Below are positions 22,419-35,100 of a DNA stretch of 64,000 nt, in pieces; position 1 is the stretch's first letter, and every line of letters begins with the position of its first letter. The notes below the pieces were generated by a model that searched no databases, was not told the origin of the DNA, and saw nothing but the letters and a program-made list of their open reading frames with translations. A program made the translations under genes and the position numbers. Source of the DNA: Tubulanus polymorphus (Eukaryota; Animalia; Nemertea); assembly GCF_964204645.1 (NCBI RefSeq), contig NC_134028.1, positions 22,130,345 to 22,194,344 on the forward strand, given 5' to 3'.

Positions 22419-24222
22419 TCAATCACAGCTACCATCTTTCCAGCCATGCAGCCATCGTTCGTCTACTTTACTACAGTTGAATTCCGGTTTTCCCAGTTTC
22501 CGACTGACTTCGTTGTGCGCGCGACAAAACCATTGCGATAAATTGTGCCTGGACGTCGTATCGGGCGGTTCTCTCGTCAAACTGAAAAACGCCGTAAGAA
22601 ATAAATCATTACCGAGTGCATTACAGACAAGCAGGGATCATTCGAACCTGATGGTATTGCCAGACCCTGCCACGGTACACAGCTCAGGGTCCGCTTTCTT
22701 GAAAAAGTTTAAGCTTGAATTAGATAAGTTTGAACTGTTGTCCTCATTGAAAACGTGTAGCTTTAACAAATAGAAATTAGACCAAAAATTTGAGTTAAGC
22801 TTTTTCGTGAAATGGGCTCCGGGGATATTTTTGTTGGTATACTGATTAGGTGACTTAGTTTATTTCTTACCTCTTCCTAAAGTCTTCAGCGCATATATCA
22901 CAAGGGTAGAACTTCGAAAATAGATCGATAAACTGTTTCATCTCCGACTGCTGATTGGTCGATGGTTTATCGGGGAAGTACGCCGCCATTGTGTGCAGGA
23001 AAGACCACGTACTCTTACCCAAACTATTCACATCTAATGGGCATTCTTTAGCTGGCTGAAATACAATGAATTTCACAGTTCACAAACTGACAAGTGGCTT
23101 TACAACTATCTTATTTATAAATGAAGAAATCCCACACTTCGAATTTAAGATTATACAATCAAATTTATTATTACGAAACCACAACGTTTCGGCTGTTGAA
23201 TGATTAGATTTGGGTTAACGTCACTATGTGTCACTCTGTTATCACCATCCTCTTCAGTCCACTTCACTTAGTTACATAATTTGTTTTTACTCTGAACTGT
23301 TTAGAATTGCTGTGGTTTCTACGGTACCCCTTGATGCTTTATTGCTTGGTCTGTTTATTTCTAGTTTTGACACACTGCTTCTATTTTAGATCCTGTGAGT
23401 TTATATGCTTGGTTAGGCCTGCGTTTTTTCTGGTCATTCCACCTGATGATGGCTGTTAGTCAACACCCGAAACGTTGTGGTTTCGTAATAATAAATTTGA
23501 TCGTATAAATCTTAAATTCGAAGTGTGGGATTTCTTCATTTATCTACAGTTTACACAGATTATAGTGTTTATTCGACAACTATCTTATTCATCATACAAA
23601 ATATCAGGATTTGAGTAGCCTAAGGCAAGCAGCAGGGGCTTGCTACTATGGCTTCAGTGTCCCTATTCAAACATAGGGCCTATCTAAAAAAAAGCTGAGG
23701 GTTCAAAATCAAAGATTTATAGCAGTATCTTTATTTTAAACATCTTTATTTACCACCAACGATTAGGTAACTAACTACCCTTAGTTTTGAATGATGATAA
23801 ATACCCTTCATGCATCGCAATACCTCCAAAGGTAGGCTATAGATCTACCTTTGATAAATAAATGCCATATGAAATTAACTCCCCAGGCTAAAGAGAAACA
23901 ACTTCCTAGGACAGATAAGACAAGTTAGAAAGTAAAGTATTCAACTTATAAGTTAATAAGCCTAGGTTCCTTTGGGTGCTAGATAATTACTGCCTGGCAT
24001 CGACTCGACCCTTCCCAGCTAGATTGCAGCTACCTTTAAATTAAATTTAGATATATCCTGGAAATGTTTAGTAGTAGTTGTCGAGTTGCTGTTGCTGCGT
24101 CCAGGTCCAGCCCCCTCCTGCTGTTGACTTTTTTGTTGATTTGATTTTGACCAGGTTTTGAAGTCAGTGCAAGCTCTGCACGGTTTCTGTCGACGCCCGT
24201 AATAATCTTCGGGCTCCGTCAT
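22419..24222 (-). CDS. GFER: FAD-linked sulfhydryl oxidase ERV1/ALR (augmenter of liver regeneration)
   Basis: Exons 24222-24034, 23055-22871, 22581-22419. N-terminal [12 protein letters not shown] shuttle motif, [36 protein letters not shown] (redox CxxC), WFCRAHNEV...[24 protein letters not shown]. Confidence 0.95.
23116..23575 (+). mobile_element. Penelope-like element relic: pseudo-LTR with inverted partial copy and 14-bp TSD
   Basis: ~80-bp inverted arms 23117-23199 and 23460-23543. Direct repeat ACAACTATCTTATT at 23102-23115 and 23576-23589. Contains a hammerhead motif. A second, decayed copy lies at ~25350-25660. Confidence 0.75.
23439..23480 (+). ncRNA. Minimal type I hammerhead ribozyme
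   Basis: CCAC-CTGATGA-T-GGCTGTT-AGTC-AACACCC-GAAAC-GTT-GTGG: stem I CCAC/GTGG, intact CUGAUGA and GAAA cores, stem II with one C-C mismatch, palindromic ACGT in place of stem III, GUU cleavage triplet. Confidence 0.8.
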
Positions 24223-24819
24223 TTTTTTAAATAATAAACAGATCAACCAGATTTTCGGGCAGATTTTCTTTTATGGTTGCTAAAAAACTTCAAAAATTCT
24301 TCATTCACGCATGCACCGCATTACATCGCTCGACGACCTTGAACATGACGATCTCGAACAGTAAAACGTCAATGACGCGTCGCAACCGATACACTATTGA
24401 AATAAGATTCGAATCCTGAATTCCGAAAGACAACTACTGAATAGATAAACCATATCAATCAATCAATCGCATACAAAACAAATATGTGCGGTAGATGTAT
24501 ACGGTGCTTCAGTTTTTCTATTTGAAGAGATCCATTTCCGCGTAGATATAGACAAACCGAAGAAGCTGCAACGGCGACCCATTCGCCGCCTATCAGATTA
24601 CCCTATCATTAAAATAGACTGCCAGAGGCTTGATTCATTATAATGTACGTAATCAAACTTATTGTCGATAGCAATATTTTTTCATCGGGTGCGCGATGTC
24701 CACTAATTCTTGTTTGCCTAAAACATTAGCCCGTTTAATCCGCAACAAATCTCCCCCGACATGGATAGGGCCTATAGCTAAATCAGCAAAAGATGTTCTC
24801 CGAGTAATCAATACCTACG

Positions 24820-25230
<411 letters not shown>

Positions 25231-28200
25231 ATCTAAATAATTTACGTATCTAACATTAAACATATCAACTCCATATCTCTCCTTGTTACAGAACATCCAT
25301 GGGCCGGTTGCTCAAAGGTTGGTTAGAGTTAACAATCATTTTTAACTACTTAGAATTTTTGTGTGGTTTCTACGGTAACCTTGGTGTTTTTATTGCTTGT
25401 TCTGCGGATTTCAGGTCCGTAAAGCCCAACGCACACGGCATTGAAAAAAACGTTTTTCCGGTGCCGTGTGCGTTGGAGGCAAAACACAAAACACCGAACT
25501 GAAAAACTTAACATAGCTTCTGTAAAAATTCTGTGAATATATGCTTTGTTGGCTTCAGTTTCGGTAATAGTCGCCAAATATGGCTGTTAGTCAACAGCCG
25601 AAACATTGTGGTTTTTTCTTATAATACATTTTATCCTATACAATTCTATTGTGGGACTTCTTAATACAGCTATCAGTATTTTGGCGAATTATTCACGAAT
25701 GAAGTGAAACTATTCCTCTCGCCACGATGAGATTAGCCGGCCAATCAAACCATCAGAGAGGCCGGTGCGCGTCGGTGGCGGCACACCCGACTGGAAGCCT
25801 GCTGGAGATTGCCCCAGTGGCAGCACACCCGACCCTACCGGGTACCACCAATATGCTTATCTAATTGATTTCCAAATTTGATTACGATTTTCCTCACAAC
25901 GGAGGCAAATGCCACCTGGCGTCATTGACCGGAACTGGATCTGAACGGCGATGTCAACAAGTGGAATGTATTCGACGATTTGATATAGTGTCATTCATTG
26001 AGAAAAATAGAAGTATGACTAGATGTATTAGATTCTTATGCATCGATTTATATTGTGTTTAAATGTATTATTCATTGAGCTCTATATCGATTCTCTACAA
26101 CGGGCTAAATCTGAAAATAATATCGTCACATACTTCAGACATTGATGATTCAAATGAAAGGGATATGATTACGGAGATTCTTTCAATTGCGTAATAATAC
26201 CGTGCTCGTATATAACGATGGTTCCCATTTAAGTGTTTCATTCAAAGAGTGCAACTATAAAAATGTACAACCTAAATATACGATCGACTGAAATCCACAG
26301 ACACATTGTCTACATATTTTTATGTTTCATAGAATATTCGAATAACAATTTGGTGCTTGAGGGTATTTTGTGAAAACGGGTGTTGTAGTACCGCGAGTCC
26401 ATTTATATAGGAAACAACATAGCCAGCTACGTACTTAAATTGTTGGTATATTCTCAGTGACTTTTATTTATCGAGGACTGTTTTTCTCGGTATTCGAACC
26501 ACTCCTGTCCGGGGTTACTGGATGATGGTGATGATGATGATGATATCACGTGCGGAATACAGCTTCACGTCGGTCCCTGGTTAACGGGGATGGAATTTCA
26601 GTGTCTGTATCCTGTTACTGGCGAGCGGAGGCTGGGATAAAGATGTAAACGTAAAAATATCCCCCATCTGATATCAGAAGAATCACCCGCGAATGCTAAG
26701 AAGTTCTTTTTGCCTCGCTCTGTTCCTACGCGACAATCTGAATCCAATCTTGAAGGTCAAGGTTATTTCAGTCTCCAGTTACTGCAGTTACTTAGATATC
26801 GAAGGAAGTTCTTTTGATGGAAAGTACCAGTATGATATAAATCTTTTAGACGCGGTTTTCATTTATACCGAATCTATTTAAAAACCACTGACGTGTATAA
26901 TTGTATAGATATGATTAAAATCATTCCAAACACAAATCGTATTGCGACAAAAGACATTTTTTATGTTAATGTTTCGTTACCGAGAAAGGGCTGAAGATAT
27001 ACAGCTAAGCTAAAACACGACAGACAACGATACAGTCACACCTTCAGAATGAAACGGCGAGGCAGTTTCTGAAAATCTCAAAAGAGCGTCTTAAGTAAAG
27101 AAGTACGTGTAGTAAAGCATAATACGGCGAATCGATTTGAACGTTACAGCCATCTATTTTTCAAAGAGCTGTTTAAAATCATCCTTTGTCTTCATTCGCA
27201 GGGATTCGTTCTCGCTAACCTCGTATACTCCAGATATACGATTCGTACGCGCGTAGGCCTCCTGTCAAATCGACTCTGATTTTATCTACTTTGGTACGTC
27301 ATGTACTCGCGTGCGTTACAAAGAACAATCATTATACCATCTATAAATCTATCCCAGATATCGATCAATATTCACTGTCACCCTTACAAATTAACACCAC
27401 CTATACTCTACTATACGTGGCGTGACGGTTTAATTGATTTATTACGACATATGAATTTATATCGGGAATCCTCCGCCTTGGGTTATCTTAGTTTGCACAT
27501 CGATGTCGCGCTTGCTGCTTGTAGTTATTTTGGTACCGTAGACGATATCGAGGAAATGGCGGCATTTTTTTCTGTGTGTGTGTGACAACAACAACAAGAG
27601 CGGGATAGCGGCGCAGGTGAACCTAGTCTCCTGATGACGTGATGCGTGTGACGTCATCAGCAGCGTTGTACGGCGGCACTCTGGCAGACTCTTGCCATCG
27701 ATTTGATGAGACAGTCACCGCGTCGGAGATGTGATGATCTGCAACCGGCTCGGAATCAGTGATTTGTTCAGTCAGGTAATTCAGTTTCGTGTTAACTTTG
27801 TATATGGTATTGTCTTCGTTGAGTACGTTCATAGTCAACGTCGTATATGTTTAGCTGAATTTGAAGTTTTTACAACAGATCTCGAATTATTGAAACGAGG
27901 AGTCTGAACTCCTTGCAGCTCCTTAAAACAGTACAATAGTACTTTCAGCTGATTTAGTAAAGATAGTCCACAAGTCGATACATTTCATGCGTTTATTTAT
28001 ACTATTTTGGCGTTAATTGCAAATGAATTTTGTCATGAAACACAGTAGAGATTTTGAAATCAAGAAATTATTTAAAAAATTTTTTTAACTCATTCAGTAC
28101 GTTTATGCATTCCGAACTCCTGTCAATTTCAGTAGATATTCTGGCTTTCATGATTTCGTAGATTTTATCGCAGGAGAAATTGAATGAACTAAAATTCGGC

Positions 28201-31200
28201 GTTAATCTAATTAAGTTCCCCGCTTTATTAGATTCGCCCATTTGTCATCGTCCAGGGACGGTTAGATTTGTACTCAAGATAGGAATTGTGAATTGTAGAT
28301 TATACCTGGAGTAGAACGAACCGTTTCTAGATAACTTTTCTAATTCTAATTGTGCGCGAAAGAAGCGGGTGTAAAAAGACGAAATTAAATGATATTATCA
28401 AGGATCATGCGTGTATAAAGTTTTTTTAAATCTTAATAATTCAGAAGCGCACACATCAAGACGGAGATGATGTGGTGGAATATACACATATCATATCGAT
28501 TACGCATAATTGTTTAGTTTATTCATTTCGGGGAATGAAAAAAATACCTATTGATAATTCCGTGGATTTGATATAAGGCTTTTATTTTCTTTTTCAGAAA
28601 TAGCACCTACGTATTTCTGGATATAGTTAAGACGCAAACAAACTCCTCAAACGCGATATTGGGAATAGTGGAATATACAAACTCTATACTAAATAATATG
28701 GATTTTTGAATTTTGGAATAACCGTTACATATCCATTCGCCGGTATGTTTTTGGCGCCCCTAGCAAGTGAGGCGTGGAAGGAGAAGAAAGGGGTGAGTAG
28801 TTTAATTCACGATAGCCAATTATGTTTGTAGATAAGATTAATTTCCATATTGGAAATAAGCTAAACTGGCGAAATATAGCGAGAAATAAGTTTATGTTAA
28901 GTTTAAGGCGAAGCTTATGTTTTGTCGAGCTTCCTCAGCATTCAATTAATATCTAGTGCTCAAATCGATGGAAAATTGTGCATTCAAGCGCTATTCTATT
29001 CATATTTTATATCATGAATTCACGTGGCTGGTATACTTTCCTTTCGTATATACTTTTTACCTATTTCTGTTAACCTAAATACAAGCCGAGATATGATAGT
29101 TTGAATATAAGGTATATTTTACGAATTTTTGACGAGTGTTCATGTACGTACATGTATATCGAACCTATACCCCAGTGCTAGTAAAATATCATGGCTCCTC
29201 GGGAATCCGCGGGTCATGTGCTCTCCCGCCATTTTGATGTCTCGCGTAATGAATACATACGTAAAATGAAAATCGACCGAAACTAAAAATCTTTATAGAA
29301 CGTCGCTAGAATTTGTCACGCAAATAGAGCAGAAATATTGCGTGTCACAGTTCTCGACACAAACGACACACCACGATATCCTCCGCAACTGCCGTTCAGC
29401 CGATCTATGGCTTCGGTAATATTAAGACGTGTTTAGCGATGTATATATGTATGAAATATAATGAGTGAAATCCGAGAAGTGACTGTTATATAGAAAGACT
29501 GAGGTAGAACCTGAAAACCGCTTCAAACGTCACGATCAGCTAAAGAGTTATCCAGTTCCACAGTTATTATTTGGAGCAAAAAATGCACAAAGAGATAACT
29601 CTGATTTAAAACTTCGAATCTGGGGTCTACATGATCCTTTTCAGTTCAACGCAGTGACCAGCACGCTGTGGCAATCGAGGATTCCACTTGTGGAAAGCGA
29701 TGATCCACCAGGTGTCGCTAGCAGTTTTCCTCGTTGAATTGCTTTTACGTTTCATGTAAAAAGCGAACCAAAACATTTTCAGTGAAGTGAATCAATCATC
29801 ACTGAAAACTTAAACAATCACCGAGTAGAAAGTGAATGAATCTTTCTGGCGGCTCGTATGAAGATAATCGAATCCGGTTCAAATTGATCGGAAATTTACC
29901 AACTTTTGAGGCCAGACCGGGCCAAAAACTTGCAGTCGCGGCATAATCTATCGATTGTGTGTGGGATAGACGGACTGTCAGTCACGCCATCTGTTGGAAT
30001 TCCCGGTATTACGATCACCATTCGTTGAAACGCCAGCGTCTCGCTCGCGTACCAGTGTGGCTTCAACCGGCGTCATCATTGCGTCAAATGTGCACTTTAA
30101 AAATGTTAGATAGCCGTCTAATGAAAAACTGGACGGCAATGCGTAACTATCCGGTAAATTACCAACAGACTCTTGACTCAGATAACAGATTTAATTTCCT
30201 GCTGTGTCTGTTCATATATTACCGCGTGGCGACTATAATTCTCCCATCAGCTATCTTTCGGTTTTTCGGTGATGCGCCTTAGTTATTCTTAAACTCCATT
30301 CATTCGGCGTGTCCGTACAAAAACCGGCAGCGCACCAACCGGGAACGAAATCGGTGCAGAACGATTTTGGTGGTATAGAGAATATGGCGGTATATCGGGG
30401 GTGTTTTACTGTGTATTTGTATTGAGATATACATTGAGAAAACCTGGCGGTAGGCGGGGGTGGCGGTATATGAGAGGGCGGTATATCGGGGGTTTACTGT
30501 AATTGTACACAAGTAAAACACACAAATTCAAGATGGAGGGCGCATGAGGAAATCTGTTAGGGTTCATAACCTCGTACATCCACCACCGTACACCCACAAT
30601 CACACTCTCTTTCCAATACACTCGCGCAAAAGTATTTAAGCTTTTAGATTCTGGAATCGGACTGGAAGTATATGGAGCATTACAGAGAATATTCAGTTGA
30701 AATCGAAGTACTTGATGGGGAACTGCAACACCTGTATCCCGCCAGAAGGCGTGACGAGCTTTCGGTCTACATTACGGATTTTGATTAACTTTCCACCAAA
30801 TTCTTAGGCTTTCGAAACCATAGATTATCACCGCCAAGGGTACCCACCAAATATACTGTACTTGAAATTCATTTTCTACTCGGTGATCGGTATAGTTTTC
30901 ATTAATAATTGATTAACTTCACAGAAAAGCTCATTCCGGGAACTGAGGGCGCAAAGCCGAGTAATTACTAGCGAACCTGGTGGATATTCGCCTGCCATTA
31001 GCGGAATCCTCGATTACCGCAGTCGCGTTGTATATTCCCCCGTTGTACATTGTCCTTCGTTGAATGTCACCAGACGTTCTCGCCGTATTCTCGTTTCTCG
31101 AAGGAAAATTATTTTCGTTTTACTTCCATTCAAAAATGTTTTGAATGGAAGTAAAACGACCAATAACCAATAATTCACAACCAATTATTGTCCGTTCTTG

Positions 31201-32056
31201 AAGTTTCCACAAAGAGTTTTGAATGAAAATGAGATTGACTTTTCTTGTCTGAAATATGTGTAAGCGCTTGAAATCGGGATAACAGTTACCGTGACTGGGA
31301 GGAAAATACAGGCGTTGGCGTCGCGCGGTGCCTCACCAACGAGTGAACCTCAAATGAACTGGGAGATATGTTTAGGGGGATGGGGAGCTTGATAATTAAT
31401 AAGTTCTCATATGGGAAGTCGTGAGAAGTCAGTCATATACGTGTTTCTAGTTTTACATATGCTATTAAGAACGATGATGGGAACGACGGGAAATGTGATA
31501 TACAGTGTGAATGGCGTACGCGAATTAAGTTTCCACTTGTGGCTGCGGTGATGACGATGACCAGGTTGATACAATACGAACGAGCAGATATGCGAGACGC
31601 GCTATCGGCGTAAGAAGTTATCATAATCCATTAGGAAAATGACTTTCTAATTGTATCACACACGGCGCGGTATATACAATATTGCGTTACATTCGGTCCA
31701 CGTTTCGTGCTGATGCGATGTCGTCGTTATTGCTTTTGCATACACCAGACGTGCGCGCGCGGGCAGTCGATCCGACGCAGTTAGCAAAATGCATCAACGA
31801 AAACAAAATCCACTGTTTGAATTTCTTAGCATCGCGTCGAAGATGAATTTTCTTACTGCGGTATCTAATTACATATCGACATCTCATCGGAATTCGCCTA
31901 TAATGAACAATTAGCATTTAGCAACAGATTTGCTGATATCATCACTGAGGGAGTTGTTATACTGTGACTAGTTAGTGTATCAATTTCTATACCAAACGTT
32001 AACGACACCAATTAAAAATTGGAGCATATATGATCGGGGGATAGCGTCATCAACAT

Positions 32057-32160
32057 GCTGATGCTGCTGCTGCTGCTGCTGGTGGGGGTGGTGCCGCTGC
32101 TGTTATGCTGCTGCTGCTGCTGCTACTGCTGATGCTGCTGCTGCTGATGCTGCTACTGTT
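32057..32160. repeat. Imperfect (CTG/CAG)n trinucleotide repeat
   Basis: Interrupted GCT runs; the minus-strand poly-Q frame contains TAG/TAA. Confidence 0.85.
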
Positions 32161-35100
32161 TCTGTTATCGGCGAAAAAAGCGATGATGATGATGATGATG
32201 TTCGGATATCAAAGACGCCCTAGACATAATCGCGCCGAGCACAGGTGCTCGAGTGACATATAAATAATGTACTGATTTTACTTGCTCGGTCTCTCCTACT
32301 CGTCGCGAATCAATAAGGCGGATAAACCTTCCCCGATCAAGTAAAAAAGAAAAAAAAATCCCGACATCGAGAAGAACGATTTCATCCGTTTCAAGGCCGT
32401 AAAGCCCCGCATTAATCCGCTCTACACACCGCTCGTTCTGCATACACGCAAGCGTTCATGTTGGGAAAAAAATCATGAAGAAATTATTAGTTTCGTGTCT
32501 TGTCTATGAAGACGCTTTTGAATTTCAAAAATATTGCCTGTAAAATTTCGTTGTTTTATTATGATTATACTTCGTTGAAATAAAATTGGTGGGATAAGAA
32601 ATCGTTTTTTTTTTGGTTACCCTCATTTGGAAATTTTGAACGCTTTGGAAATTTGATTATTTGGATTTGAAAGTTATGGAAGAAAGACTCTTTTTAGATA
32701 TATACGATGAAGATTCTCTTTTTAGATTCGGTTGCCTGGATATATGTACCTGTATACAACATTCTTTCGTATAAACAACATTCTTTTATGTAATATTAAT
32801 GCTTGGCGATTTGCTGCAGGCGTCAGAAGATGGCGGTTTACGTCATTGGCTCGGGTTTCCATCGCGCTGACTTTCACGAAAAAAAAGAGAAAATTTCTTT
32901 TTCAGCAGATTCGACCGGGTACAACGCCGTTGTTCGTCCGCCGGTGTTTTCTGATAGATTTATATGGAACGATTCTTCCCGTCTCAGACGATGACACTCG
33001 ATGCGTAGCTGCCTCTCTATTAATCAAGGATACGCGCGTCATACAATCTTGAAAAATAACGAAACCTAACTTTTCAGGTAGGAATGATAACGACGATGGT
33101 ATTATGTCCGGGGACGAATCCTAAAAACAAAGACGTAATACGCGGACAATGGTTTATTAGAATATAACCGTTAACTGCAATACAAATTACAAAACATTAA
33201 GGTATACAGAATATTGCTGTTATTATCAAAAATCAATTAAATCGGACGAAAACAGAGGAAAACCAACCAACTTACAATTTATTCCGCTTCTTCATATAAC
33301 GAAACACTGCAGTGACCAAAACGCCACGCAGTCACAAACCCAACTGAACAGAAATGCACGTACATAATATTAAACCCGGAAATACTCAAACCATGAAATC
33401 AGAATCACAGCAGCGAAAAGAAACATATAGTAATCCAAAACCTCCGAAGCAACCAACAAACCCAACGGTCCGAAACAGTATATTTTGATGGACCACAGGT
33501 CTTATAACCGCGATGAAATTCTCCATTGAAGATAAAATACGACAATACAAAAGATAAATTAGTCTGGAATTTTTCCTTGCTCTATAGTTCAACTATATCC
33601 TATCACTGTAAGATGGAATGGTGCTTTGAAGAACTTTCTTAAGGGTGTACCGAGCACCGGGAGCACCGGGAGCACCGGGAGCACCAGAAACACTCTATGT
33701 TAGTTATAACAAGTTAATATTATGTGCTTAGAAGAACTTTTAAGGGTGCTATTACATGCCGCACTTGAAGCACCAGAAGAAACATGTCAGGCCAGGGAAG
33801 CATATAAGACCGCATTGAAGTCTTATAAACGGATATTTTCTGAACGATATTTTTTTGAAAATTAATTTGCAAAGTCGAGCGTTTTGAAATTAATCAAATT
33901 CGTACGGAGTTTCAATACACCTTTTACTTAAGGTGCAATTCAGCAACCTCTATGAAAATGGTGCCATATATAGAACTAAGATAATGGTATAGCTTCGCAT
34001 TAGAACCAAATATGGTTCAAAATAGAAGCCTTCATTTTTAGAAAATATAACCCCAAAACCGTCGAATATTAGGTATATCTACGTAAACATTTTATTTTCA
34101 TCATATTCATTCTTCAATCAAAATTCACAATAATCAGGAATGCTGAGAAATTTGAAGAGAAGTCTCGACTTGATCCCGACGAAATTGACTATAATAAGGT
34201 CTAGAGAGGTAATCTCAATGGAAAATCGCACGTGTGCATGTGCCACGTGTACCACGTGAATGATGCATCTTCATGCCGCGTGATAATTACCCTTAAGTAG
34301 TGAACCATGTCTGCCCGACAATCAATCCAGGGTGGTGAATCGAGGATCACGATCCGTGAGTCTTGCCAAATATATCAATCGCTTGAAAACGGTAATGTGG
34401 TAGAGTCCTTCGGAGAGGGACCCCTTTCAAGAATTTCTGAGAACGTTTTGTCTATGTTATAAAGAATTTGCCTTTTTAGATTTTTGTTTCGACGGAGTTG
34501 TGTCCTCTCTGAAAAACGTGCCTAAAATAAATGGGCCCTCAAATTTTGAGGGTCTCGTGAAAGTCTCGTAAAGGAATTTACACCCCATCAATTTAGAAGT
34601 TGTTCGGTAAATCGAATCAATTAATCAAATGTATAGATGGAAATCGTAAGGAATACGAAGGCTTTCCAGGGTTCGGACTAAATCATCATGTACTTATGAC
34701 AAATGTAGGTCCGAAATCGCTGTTTAACCAGAAAATGCAACCCAAATATGATGTTTGTCGTAAAAGTCCCGTATTTTTCCCGTGTTTACTAGTAACTTCG
34801 AAGGCTAATTCCCCCTTCGGCCAAAAGAGCGGAAATACATCGAGCAGCGCGGACTTTGGCGGTGTCAGAAAGCTCGGCGATCACCGACTCCATTATCGCA
34901 ATTATCTCTCTTCACCTATACGAAAATGATCCCTGCAGGGGGTGAGAAGCTTATACAGGGTCAACCCGAACTCTACGCGACGATAATGTTCATATGAATA
35001 TCTGTTTACGTAAGCTAAACGGTATCGATCGTCTTGCAGGGTCTAAGCGAAAGCTGCGTATGACACATATTGTATATACATCTAAGTATTATATCTGATG

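Noticed and set aside
32057-32200. Poly-Gln/poly-His coding exon on the minus strand
   Set aside because: Stops in the Gln frame and no convincing splice sites.
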